Shown piece after piece: positions 53,001 through 60,969 of a stretch of DNA of 64,000 nt. The notes below the pieces were generated by a model that had not been told where the DNA came from, made no database searches, and worked only from the letters and a program-made list of their open reading frames with translations. The position numbers and the translations under genes were made by a program. Numbering within the stretch: position 1 is the stretch's first letter; each line of letters begins with the position of its first letter. Origin of the DNA: Candidatus Bathyarchaeota archaeon (GTDB taxonomy: Archaea; Thermoproteota; Bathyarchaeia; 40CM-2-53-6). The stretch is taken from the NCBI GenBank assembly GCA_005883075.1, contig VBAX01000049.1:7064-71063 (forward strand). The letters run 5' to 3'.

Positions 53001-56000
53001 CGCCGTCAATGCTACCACGTCGGTTACCTTCAATGTTGGATCGGCCCTTGCTGTGATTCTGGTCATCAGTGCAAATCCGACGGAGCTTGCAGTCAGCACG
53101 ACCTTCACTGCCAGGGCCACGGGAGGGTCGCCCCCATTCGCTTCGTACAACTGGACCTTTAGCGACGGCACGACTGCAACAACCACAACGGCTACTACCA
53201 ACCACATCTACAACGCAACAGGAACATTTAGTGCAATGGTAGCAGTCACCGACTCAACCAGCGTGACTGCAATGTCGACCGCAGTTTCAGTAGCTGTCAA
53301 TCCTAGATTGAGTGTTACGGCTGTTGCCGGTCCAAACCCCACCGAGATGAGCAAAGCGACGAGCTTTACCATTATGCCTGCTGGTGGTGCTGGTGCCATC
53401 GTCTGCAGCTGGACTTTTGGTGATACCACTACTGGTTCTGGCTGCTTGACGACTCACACCTATGCTGCCACTGGTTCGTTCACTGCCAACGTTACAGCGA
53501 TCGATGGTCTTGGTGTGACCGCGACCAGTAGTGTCTCACTGACCGTCAATGCGAAGTTGAGTGTTACCGTTGCAGCCAGTCCTAATCCAGCCGAGGTTGG
53601 CTCGGTCATCGGTTTTACCGCACATGCAACACGTGGAGTTGGTGTAGCGACTTGCAACTGGACTTTTGGTGACGGAACCACGGGCACCGGATGCATCACG
53701 ACCCACGCCTACGCCAGCCAAGGAACGTTCACTGCAAGTGTTACCGCCGCTGATACTGTCAACGTGACAGCGACCACTGACATCTCTGTAGCCGTCAATG
53801 CGAAGCTTGCCGTTACGTCTGTTGCTAGTCCGAGGCCTACTGAGGTCGGGAAAGCGGTGAGCTTTACTAGTACACCTGCCGGTGGTGTTGGTACTATCAC
53901 TTGTAGCTGGGCCTTTGGTGATACCACTACTGGCACTGGCTGCTCGACGACCCATGCTTACGCTAATAGCGGAACTTTCACTGCCGCTGTCACCGCCACC
54001 GATAGTCTTGGCATGAACGCGACGGCTAGTAACACAGTAGCCGTCAATGCGAAGCTTGCTGTTACGGCCTATACGAGTCCTAATCTGGCAGAGGTTGGTG
54101 CTCTGGTCGACTTTACCGCTCCTACAACCGGTGGTGTTGGTACGGCGACATGCAGCTGGGCCTTTGGTGATGGTGGCACCGCTAACATATGCTCTGCAAG
54201 TCACACTTACATCACTAGTGGACCATTCAATCCCACTGTTACTGTCACTGATGCTCTCAGTGTGACCGCTTCGAGTAGCGTGTCTGTAACTGTCAACGCT
54301 AGATTGACCCTTACTGCGACCGCTGGGCCAAACCCGACTGACGATGGTGTCCGAGTAGGCCTTGCTCCCGTAACGGCCAGTGGTGTCGGTGCCATCACCT
54401 GCAGTTGGGACTTCGGCGACACGGCTGGCGCCACCGGATGTTCAACATCTCATACCTACACCGGTACCGGAACTTTCACAGCCACTGTCACTGCGACTGA
54501 TGAGGTCGGCGTCACTACGGCAGCCAGCGTTACGATAACTGTGAATTCTTTGCCTGGAGTTAACTTCAGCTTTGGGCCAGATAAGCCGATGGCTGGCGAG
54601 TCCGTGAATTTCACGACAACAACAACCGGCGGTTCGGGCCCGTACAGCTTCAACTGGAACTATGGCGACGGTGGCTCGGGGTCAGGCAATCCTGCCAATC
54701 ACTCATTCGTTGCTTCTGGAACATTCAACGTGACCGTAACAGTCACGGATGTGGTGGGCGAGACCGCCACTGTGACCCACTCCGTGGCTGTGACTCAAAG
54801 CCTCGCCGTTAGCATAACATCTATCACCCCATCTCCCTCGGAGATCGGAGTATCCACCAGTTACTCTGCCACCGCGACAGGTGGCACGCCGACTTACATG
54901 TTCAGCTGGGACTTCGGAGATGGATTGCAAGCGATCGAAGGCAGCCAGGTGGCCCACACGTACACTGCTACTGGAACATTCTCTGTGACAATTAGCGCGG
55001 CTGATTCTGCAAATCACACGGCAACGGCCACCCAAACCCTAGTGGTCAATTCAAGACTCGCGGTCACGGCCGCGGCCAGTCCGAACCCGGCGGACGCAGG
55101 AGTCCCTGTAAGCTTCGCTCTCGTATCCACGGGTGGAGTTGGTAGTCTAGACTGCAACTGGAGTTTCGACGATGGCTGGTCAGCCAGCAAATGCAATACA
55201 ATTCACACATACGCTACGACAGGTTCGTTTACTGCCAGTCTTACTGCAACCGATACCCTGGGTGTAGCAGCATCGATCTCTCTCCAGATCAGCGTCGCTG
55301 TTGCCCCTACTGTCAACTTCGCATCCAGCCCTGCTGCTCCAACGACTGGTCAGTCTGTGACCTTCACAGCCACAACCAACGGCGGTGGGAGTCCCTTCAC
55401 GTTCAGCTGGAATTATGGGGATGGTTCTCCAGACGACAATGGTAGCCCAGCCACCCATACATATGCAGCCTCCGGAATCTTCATGGTCAACCTGACGATC
55501 AACGACGCCAACGGCGCCAACATGGTTACGACGCTATTCGTAAGCGTGGTGGAGAATAGGCCCCCAGTCTTTTCCAGCCAATCAGGGTTCCTGCCAGTAA
55601 GTGTCGGCCAGTCTCTGACCTTCACTGTAGCAGCATCCGATCCCGAAGGGGGTCCTGTGTCCATTGCTGCACATAACCTTCCAACAGGAGCAAGCTTCGA
55701 CTCAAGCACAGGAGAGTTCGTTTGGACGCCGTCATCAGACGAGACGGGAAACTACTCTATCACGTTCACTGCTTTAGACAGTGGTACTCCTCCAATGGAG
55801 GTTCGTCAGACGATAATCATACAAGTTAGAGCGGGTACCGGTCAGATTTGCCTGACCTGCTACCGGACCTTTGGTCTGCCCTTGGACGATGGGGTCATAG
55901 CGAGCCTGGGTTTCCTGGGCTTGATATCTGCCCTCGTGGCTGCAATCTATGTCGGGATGAGGGGCAGAGGCGAGCCCGATTCAGTCAGTCCCGCGACCAG

Positions 56001-56085
56001 CAACGTTTCTTGGGAAGGTGCTCGCGAGGACAGCCTTCCAGGCCAGAATCAATTCGTTGAGTGGATGGAGGACGCATCCTCTTGA
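50047..56085 (+). CDS. giant surface protein: phosphoesterase domain + 18 PKD domains + cadherin/He_PIG-like Ig domain + C-terminal TM anchor
   Basis: 2012-aa ORF with GTG start and the N-terminal anchor VLVLGLCLVFGILIASFAV. The phosphoesterase pattern is paralogous to 42214..44751 (YIVVIVMNN, DPNYLALIGASTFG, NYNWLTPNQCDDIHD, ALFITFAES). I counted 18 W.(F/L/Y)(G/S/D)(D/E) PKD cores. An Ig-like unit reads PPVFSS..LTFTVAASDPEGGPVSIAAHNLPTGASFDSSTGEFVWTPS. The C-terminal TM is LGFLGLISALVAAIYVGMRGRG. Confidence 0.9.
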   Translation: MGARFKVLVLGLCLVFGILIASFAVSTDHDRRSYPAIQATPPGQASFDYIVVIVMNNASAKQVYGSSATPYLNSLASTYGYATAYSDVEAAVSDPNYLALIGASTFGLTADCYPTQCSVSDVSIVDSIEGAGLTWNAWAEDYPVSQGCSLLPSNAEYNSKHFPFLYFENIVNDPARCDNLLRANSVVTSSIETDDLFLKSLGSTSSAANYNWLTPNQCDDIHDCPLSTGDKYLSQLVPKILSSTVFTTQNAALFITFAESTGSSVGNVPAIWAGPVVKTKFQSSKSYNHYSVLTTLETAWGLPPLTSEDSSASAMTEFFKNLAPQTSLSYAPTHPVVGDSISFNSTATGGIPPYTFSWNFGESPSNVRGGTGLPNTMTHTYTKAGTYTVTVNATDTNGKIGSALATVTVAAPLTLTVSGSSSGIIGTSISFSAAASGGTSPYSFSWNFGDGTSLATGSTASHKYAVAGAYTVRANATDAKGRLASASASITINAPPLTVTVTASGSSEVGLAVNLMATASGGTQPYVSFIWDFGDASSGSGNSVAHVYTASGSYSVTVTVKDSAGITATSSSRSLAVSARLQVSSVHAVPNPTETGYSISLSATTSGGVSPVSCNWNLGDGSPPSFGCSITHVYAIAADYIATVTATDNLSVTATNSMTITVSPKLTVTVSTSTPNPVVGQSLTFTATTANGVGVATCSWNFGDGSTGSGCSKTHAYTTQGTFTVKVTATDTLIVTATASVTVDVVSTLGVSLNANPSTTESSVSISFTAAAAGGTPPYTSYSWTFGDGTTATTTVATTIHTYNSTGLFSVEVTVTDSAGKTAASSFSVTVNARLTVTAVATPNLTEVSVAVGFTAPTTGGLGTATCKWTFGDSGTANVCSASHTYTSAGTFTAIVTATDALGVTATNNTTITVSPKLTVTVTTSTSNSVVGQSLTFTTTPSGGVGTATCTWNFGDNTTGFGCSTTHTYTTSGTFAATVTATDILAVNATTSVTFNVGSALAVILVISANPTELAVSTTFTARATGGSPPFASYNWTFSDGTTATTTTATTNHIYNATGTFSAMVAVTDSTSVTAMSTAVSVAVNPRLSVTAVAGPNPTEMSKATSFTIMPAGGAGAIVCSWTFGDTTTGSGCLTTHTYAATGSFTANVTAIDGLGVTATSSVSLTVNAKLSVTVAASPNPAEVGSVIGFTAHATRGVGVATCNWTFGDGTTGTGCITTHAYASQGTFTASVTAADTVNVTATTDISVAVNAKLAVTSVASPRPTEVGKAVSFTSTPAGGVGTITCSWAFGDTTTGTGCSTTHAYANSGTFTAAVTATDSLGMNATASNTVAVNAKLAVTAYTSPNLAEVGALVDFTAPTTGGVGTATCSWAFGDGGTANICSASHTYITSGPFNPTVTVTDALSVTASSSVSVTVNARLTLTATAGPNPTDDGVRVGLAPVTASGVGAITCSWDFGDTAGATGCSTSHTYTGTGTFTATVTATDEVGVTTAASVTITVNSLPGVNFSFGPDKPMAGESVNFTTTTTGGSGPYSFNWNYGDGGSGSGNPANHSFVASGTFNVTVTVTDVVGETATVTHSVAVTQSLAVSITSITPSPSEIGVSTSYSATATGGTPTYMFSWDFGDGLQAIEGSQVAHTYTATGTFSVTISAADSANHTATATQTLVVNSRLAVTAAASPNPADAGVPVSFALVSTGGVGSLDCNWSFDDGWSASKCNTIHTYATTGSFTASLTATDTLGVAASISLQISVAVAPTVNFASSPAAPTTGQSVTFTATTNGGGSPFTFSWNYGDGSPDDNGSPATHTYAASGIFMVNLTINDANGANMVTTLFVSVVENRPPVFSSQSGFLPVSVGQSLTFTVAASDPEGGPVSIAAHNLPTGASFDSSTGEFVWTPSSDETGNYSITFTALDSGTPPMEVRQTIIIQVRAGTGQICLTCYRTFGLPLDDGVIASLGFLGLISALVAAIYVGMRGRGEPDSVSPATSNVSWEGAREDSLPGQNQFVEWMEDASS
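52024..53535 (+). repeat. intragenic tandem supra-repeat: two copies of a 756-nt (three-PKD) unit
   Basis: ATAACTGTCAGCCCCAAACTGACAGT(A/G)ACTGT... occurs at 52024 and again at 52780, a period of 756 nt or 252 codons. The encoded blocks ITVSPKLTVTV(S/T)TST(P/S)N(P/S)VVGQSLTFT... are collinear through three PKD units. Confidence 0.8.
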
Positions 56086-58166
56086 GACAGTACACAACGA
56101 AGCCAGAAAAGAAGACTGGAAGCCGAGGTGGCATACGAGAGGAAAGGCTCAGAGAACGTTTGATATTGCGTATCGCAAGGGCATTCACAATTCTGCAGTG
56201 GGTTGCAATCATCTCGCTGCTGAACTATGTCACATTCGTGAGCCAGGCGAATCCGGCTCTGAAGAACTCGCTCGTAGCTAGGTATGGGTTCCTCTCAATT
56301 CTGTTAGACCCACTGGTGGTTCTCAGCATCAGCGTTCTGGGAGTCGGCATCATCTCGTTGATGGTTCTATCAAAACCGAAGGGTACACTGCGCAAGCTGT
56401 TTTCCTACCTCAAGCCACACTGGCCCTATGTTTTGGCGATTGGAATCGCCATGGCAGCTAGTGACGCTCTGAACTTGGCACAGCCCTGGATCATTGGCTT
56501 TCTCCTATTCGGGAATGTTATCGCGCTTCGCAATATAGCATTCTTACCCACCGTGATAGCTATGCTGGGTGGGGCCTTCTTCGCAAAGCAGATACTTGAT
56601 TTTGTCGACCAGTACCTAACGGAAATTCTCGCCTCAAAGACTGTTCACGGACTACGGACACAGGTCTACCAGCACATACAGCATCTTCCAGTACAATTCC
56701 TAGACCACAGCCGTTCCGGTGAACTCATCTCCAGAGTCATGAGCGATACAAACGAGATCGAGAGCGTTCTGACATCGGACCTCAGCGCTCTGGGCGCGAA
56801 TTTCGGCATGGTGGCCGGAGCATCCGTCCTTCTCTTCTACGCCAGCCCGAGGATTGCCCTCACGGTCGTTCCTTTCATAATTGGCATGGTCATTGTCGTG
56901 AACTTGTTCAAACGGAGGATCAAAAGAGCGTCGAGGAGAATCAGAGAGGCTGTAGGTGACCTTTCCGCGAGAGCCTATGAAGTGATGAGCAACCTACGCA
57001 TAGTAAAGAGCTTCACGATGGAAGAAGAAGAAACTAAAGATTTTCGCAACAAATCCCTAGCAATTGTAAAATCCAACATTGGCCTGGCCAAGCTAAGCTC
57101 GGTATACGGATCCGCCGTGGACGCAGTTACTACCTTAGCACTACTGACCCTCATCGTCGTCGCTGTTCCAGATGTGCTGAATGGAGCCTTGACACTGGGA
57201 GCACTCGTCGCATTTCTCGGATTACTCGACAAGATGTTCTCACCTCTAATAGCGTTGAGCAAATCAAACTTCAAATTCCAAAAAGCCACCGCGGCAGGGG
57301 ACAGAATCTTTGAAATTACAGAGACAAAGCCTGAAGTCCTCGATGTGCCGGGAGCGTTTGCCCCACCCGAGATACTAGGACGGATAGAATTCGACGGAGT
57401 CTCGTTCAAGTACGAGCGCAACCAGACCGTCCTTGACAACTTTAGCTTGACAATCAACCCCGGTGAGACGATAGCAATAGTCGGTCCCAGTGGTGCCGGA
57501 AAATCTACCATAGTCCACCTACTGTTGCGCTTCTACGAGCCGGATTCCGGAGCCATCCGAATTGACGGCTACCCCATCAACATGCTGAAACTGTCCTACT
57601 TGAGAAAGAACATTGGACTCGTTGTCCAAGATCCGATCCTGTTCTCCGGCAGCGTACGTGACAACATCGCCTATGGCAAGCCTGGGGCGAGCCAAGAAGA
57701 GATCATCCAAGCAGCAAAAGCGGCCAACGCTCACGAGTTCATACTTGCTCTCCCAGATGGGTATGCTACGGAGATCGGCGAACGAGGCGTAACTATCTCA
57801 GTTGGCGAGAGACAGCGAGTCTCCATCGCCCGAGCACTCATCAAAGATCCCAAGATACTGATAATGGACGAGGCGACGTCGAACGTTGATTCAAAGTCTG
57901 AAGCGCTCATTCAAGAAGCCATAGGACGAATGACAGGAGAGCGGACCACGATCGTCATCGGTCACCGACTCTCGACAGTGATGGACGCCGACAGAATAGT
58001 CGTCCTCGAAGAGGGGGGAATCGCAGAGATCGGTACTCACCGCGGGCTGCTGCAGCGCCAGGGAGCCTACACGCAGCTCTACCAGAACCAGCTGCAAGCC
58101 CAAACACAGGTCATCCACTCACAATTCCGCGGACACAAGTATCTGAAGAGTGAGGAGAAACCGTAA
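56082..58166 (+). CDS. ABC transporter, fused permease/ATPase exporter (MsbA/type I exporter-like)
   Basis: Six-TM domain (LRKLFSYLKPHWPYVL..), then an NBD with Walker A GPSGAGKST, signature ISVGERQRVSIARAL and Walker B ILIMDEATSNVD. Start candidates are GTG 56061 or TTG 56082. The latter overlaps the giant gene's TGA as TTGA. Confidence 0.9.
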   Translation: MRQYTTKPEKKTGSRGGIREERLRERLILRIARAFTILQWVAIISLLNYVTFVSQANPALKNSLVARYGFLSILLDPLVVLSISVLGVGIISLMVLSKPKGTLRKLFSYLKPHWPYVLAIGIAMAASDALNLAQPWIIGFLLFGNVIALRNIAFLPTVIAMLGGAFFAKQILDFVDQYLTEILASKTVHGLRTQVYQHIQHLPVQFLDHSRSGELISRVMSDTNEIESVLTSDLSALGANFGMVAGASVLLFYASPRIALTVVPFIIGMVIVVNLFKRRIKRASRRIREAVGDLSARAYEVMSNLRIVKSFTMEEEETKDFRNKSLAIVKSNIGLAKLSSVYGSAVDAVTTLALLTLIVVAVPDVLNGALTLGALVAFLGLLDKMFSPLIALSKSNFKFQKATAAGDRIFEITETKPEVLDVPGAFAPPEILGRIEFDGVSFKYERNQTVLDNFSLTINPGETIAIVGPSGAGKSTIVHLLLRFYEPDSGAIRIDGYPINMLKLSYLRKNIGLVVQDPILFSGSVRDNIAYGKPGASQEEIIQAAKAANAHEFILALPDGYATEIGERGVTISVGERQRVSIARALIKDPKILIMDEATSNVDSKSEALIQEAIGRMTGERTTIVIGHRLSTVMDADRIVVLEEGGIAEIGTHRGLLQRQGAYTQLYQNQLQAQTQVIHSQFRGHKYLKSEEKP

Positions 58167-58287
58167 CAGCGGTTTACACATGCACGACAGAAAAGGGGAT
58201 CTTCCCTCGAGACGGGAGCATATCATCCCGTCAAGTCTTCATGGGTATGTCAAAAATGAAACGAGAAAAGATGAGGTACAACCTTCC

Positions 58288-60387
58288 ATGAAGCTGAGAA
58301 GCTTCAGGGTCCGGAACTACAGGTGCATAGACGACTCCGGCGAAGCACCTGTCGAGCATATCAAAGCCCTAGTGGGAAAAAACGAGAGCGGAAAGACAAG
58401 CATCCTAAAGGCTCTGCACAAGTTCAACCCGGCTACTCCGGAGCCCTTCAATGGACTGAAGGAATTTCCGCGCAGACGATTTCACGAGTACGAGGACAAG
58501 GCCACGGTAGTCGAGCTGAAAGTCTCGCTAGACCACGATGAGATGGATGAGCTCGCCCAGATCGACCCGCGCCTCGCGGAAGTATCCGGTGCATCGGTCA
58601 CAAGAGACTACGCAGGACGGTACGCTGTCGAGCTACTGCCCGATATACAAACTCCATCCCCAAACCTGAAAGGAGTCTTTCCCTTCCTCATCCAGCTCCG
58701 AGGCACAATAGACAGACTCGATGATACGACCCTAGGACGAGAGGGAGGCGTCCGCTGGAAGCTCCTCGACGCTCTAAGCAGAGTGGGAACAGGCATTGTA
58801 GAGGAGACAGACCTTTCCAATGCATCCTCCTCCAGAGAGGCCTTCATCAGACAGCTTCAAGAAATCCAAGTCGTTCTGGAGAAGAGCACGGATGAGGGAT
58901 CGAAGAAGACTATCCGAGACATCGTAAGGCTCATACTAAACACGATCGACTGGCCGAGCATCGACACCCGAATCAACAAATACATAGTCGAAAGGCTTCC
59001 GGTTTTCGTATACTTCGAAAACTATGCAATCCTCTCCGGCAGAATCCACCTTCCATCTTTCGTGGAACGGTTCATTGCTGGCGAGCTCAACCCGGAAGAG
59101 AACACTGCCAGAATGCTGCTATCATTCCTAAAACTAGACCCGGAGAAGCTGGTCAAGCTGGGAACACATGAAGGAAAGTCCTCGCAGGAGGTGCAGGAAG
59201 CATTCGATACAAGAGCACTCATGGTTGACAGAGCAGCCTTATCCGTCTCCGGTCTCCTAGCCGACATCTGGCAGCAAAGAAAGGCCCGGTTGGACCTTGC
59301 GATCGACGGAGAGTATCTGAGACTCTGGGTAGCCGACGCCGATGGTTCCAGGGTCGAGCTGGAACAGAGCAGTAAAGGATTCCAGTGGTTCCTCTCCTTC
59401 TACATCGTATTCATGATGGAATCCCTCCAAGGAAAGGACACGGTGCTTCTCTTGGACGAGCCTGGGCTCCACCTCCACCCTGCTGCACAACAGGACCTTC
59501 TCCGAGTCCTCGGCAAGCTATCCGAAAAGAACCAGGTCATCTATTCGACCCACTCCCCCTTCATGATCGACCTGGACCACATCGATACTATCAGCGTACT
59601 GGCCGAAACTCCGAAAGGCACGAAGATTTCCGAGCCTACAAAGACCACCGACAAGACAGCCCTATTCCCGCTCCAGGCCGCCTTGGGGTATGCCCTGTCA
59701 CGCGGCTTGTACACTGGACAGTACAGCCTGCTCGTGGAAAACATTACTGACCTATGGATACTCTCGACAATCTCGCAACATTTCAGAGAATCAAGCCACG
59801 GCTCCATAGATGATGATATAGTAATCACGCCCTCCGGCGGCGGCCAGAAATCCGCTCTATTTGCCACAATGCTCAGCGGACAGAATATGGGCGTATCAGT
59901 GCTGCTGGACTCAGACGTCGAAGGAATCAGCGTCAAGAAGCAGCTGATTGAGAGCCCGATAGCGAGAGAGACAAACGTACTTTTCGTAAACGATGCTACC
60001 CAGGAATCTGGACGGGTGATGGAGCTGGAGGACCTCCTGCCCCCCAGCCTCTATCTCAGATTCGTAAACGATGCCTATTCTGGAGAGCTGGGCAAGAACC
60101 GTTTGGGCAACGAGGCACTCGCAAAAGATGTGCAGATCCGGAGATACGTGGAGGCAGAGCTGGAGAAGAGAGGAGTTAGCTTCTCAAGATTCCGGGTTGC
60201 CAGGCAGATCATGAACGATTTGCCAAACATTCCGTTCAGCCAGTTTCCCCCGGAGTTTGTCCAGAACATGGAACGCTTGTTCTTATACATCAACAGAATC
60301 AAGCCAGAGCATACCGCCCAGCCAATCATAGCAAGATCTTCGCGTCACTCTTCCCTGAGAGCCATCTTCTCCAGAAGCCGATCATAA
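58288..60387 (+). CDS. OLD-family nuclease (ABC-type ATPase + C-terminal Toprim), stand-alone
   Basis: I chose the Met at 58288 (MKLRSFRVRNYRCIDD). Walker A is GKNESGKTS, and the Walker B/D-loop is VLLLDEPGLHLHPAAQQDLL. The Toprim-like C-terminus has LLVENITDLWIL (Glu) and VSVLLDSDVEG (DxD). Confidence 0.8.
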   Translation: MKLRSFRVRNYRCIDDSGEAPVEHIKALVGKNESGKTSILKALHKFNPATPEPFNGLKEFPRRRFHEYEDKATVVELKVSLDHDEMDELAQIDPRLAEVSGASVTRDYAGRYAVELLPDIQTPSPNLKGVFPFLIQLRGTIDRLDDTTLGREGGVRWKLLDALSRVGTGIVEETDLSNASSSREAFIRQLQEIQVVLEKSTDEGSKKTIRDIVRLILNTIDWPSIDTRINKYIVERLPVFVYFENYAILSGRIHLPSFVERFIAGELNPEENTARMLLSFLKLDPEKLVKLGTHEGKSSQEVQEAFDTRALMVDRAALSVSGLLADIWQQRKARLDLAIDGEYLRLWVADADGSRVELEQSSKGFQWFLSFYIVFMMESLQGKDTVLLLDEPGLHLHPAAQQDLLRVLGKLSEKNQVIYSTHSPFMIDLDHIDTISVLAETPKGTKISEPTKTTDKTALFPLQAALGYALSRGLYTGQYSLLVENITDLWILSTISQHFRESSHGSIDDDIVITPSGGGQKSALFATMLSGQNMGVSVLLDSDVEGISVKKQLIESPIARETNVLFVNDATQESGRVMELEDLLPPSLYLRFVNDAYSGELGKNRLGNEALAKDVQIRRYVEAELEKRGVSFSRFRVARQIMNDLPNIPFSQFPPEFVQNMERLFLYINRIKPEHTAQPIIARSSRHSSLRAIFSRSRS

Positions 60388-60596
60388 CCCACACCTAGGA
60401 ACGAAATAATGGGCTGGATAGAGCAACGTCGCTGATCGACTGATCGCACCAGAACCTCGGACGCTAAGAATGGAAGAGGCGAACAAATTTGCTCGACGAA
60501 AACCAGGAGGGCAACTCCTGCCGCATCTGAAACGGACAACTATTTTGGCGCCGGGAGTGGGATTTGAACCCACGCGGCCCGCAAGGACCACAGGCT

Positions 60597-60611
60597 AACA
60601 GGAGCCTATTT
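60597..60611 (-). other. putative tRNA-Ser intron 2 (canonical 37/38 position)
   Basis: AAATAGGCTCCTGTT (15 nt) follows CTGGAA of the anticodon loop. Removing it gives the 7-nt loop CTGGAAA closed by TAGGC/GCCTG. Confidence 0.55.
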
Positions 60612-60622
60612 TTCCAGGCCTA

Positions 60623-60644
60623 GGCCCACGTTTCTAGTGGACTG
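60623..60644 (-). other. putative tRNA-Ser intron 1 (non-canonical, between D-arm and anticodon stem)
   Basis: CAGTCCACTAGAAACGTGGGCC (21-22 nt) contains the hairpin GTCCAC/GTGGGC. Boundaries are +/-1-2 nt and are inferred from tRNA architecture only. Confidence 0.55.
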
Positions 60645-60726
60645 CCCTGTACCAGGCTCAGGAATCCCGGCCCAGTCTTGTTCTTGGCCGTGGGAGTATT
60701 TTCCCCTTTTGACAGACACAAAAAAA

Positions 60727-60900
60727 GCCCAGCGAGACAGTGATCGTTCGAGAACTAGGAACTAGAGTGGCGGTGGGTGCGGGCCAGCCGTCAACCCTTA
60801 ACGGGCGAATGGCAGTGTCCGCGCCCGGGGGACGCCACCCTTGAATCGGCCAAGTCGTGAGACACGATTCTAAGCTTCGCGTAACCGACCTACCCACACA
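60727..60900 (-). ncRNA. unassigned structured-RNA candidate (strand tentative)
   Basis: GC-rich intergenic segment with nested complementary pairs: 60767-60772 GTGGCG / 60833-60838 CGCCAC; 60780-60784 CGGGC / 60823-60827 GCCCG; 60787-60791 GCCGT / 60801-60806 ACGGGC. A T7 tract on the minus strand (60720..60726) lies just downstream, before the tRNA-Ser promoter region. No known RNA family motif recognised. Confidence 0.3.
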
Positions 60901-60969
60901 GTCGTTACTACGAAATAATCCCTCTCAGGCACGATTTTAAGTGGGCAAGCAAACAATCACTGGACAATC

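Larger units (their letters stand above)
60546..60671 (-). tRNA. tRNA-Ser(GGA), class II, with two intervening sequences and encoded CCA
   Basis: Hand fold of the minus strand: acceptor GCCGGGA/TCCCGGC, discriminator G, CCA encoded. D-arm is CCTG-AGCCTGGTA-CAGG. Anticodon arm is TAGGC-CTGGAA[intron]A-GCCTG (anticodon 60615..60613). Variable arm is GGTCC-TTGC-GGGCC and T-arm is GTGGG-TTCAAAT-CCCAC. The 123 nt before CCA versus about 86 nt mature leaves about 37 nt of inserts. Confidence 0.75.

Noticed and set aside
51453-55709. Many 60-220-aa minus-strand and off-frame ORFs inside the giant PKD gene (e.g. 52579..53205, 53536..54204, 52701..52949).
   Set aside because: They are antisense or shadow frames of a repetitive, Thr/Ala/Val/Gly-rich coding region. 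Their products are low-complexity and mirror the repeat period. The plus-strand 2012-aa frame carries all recognisable domains.
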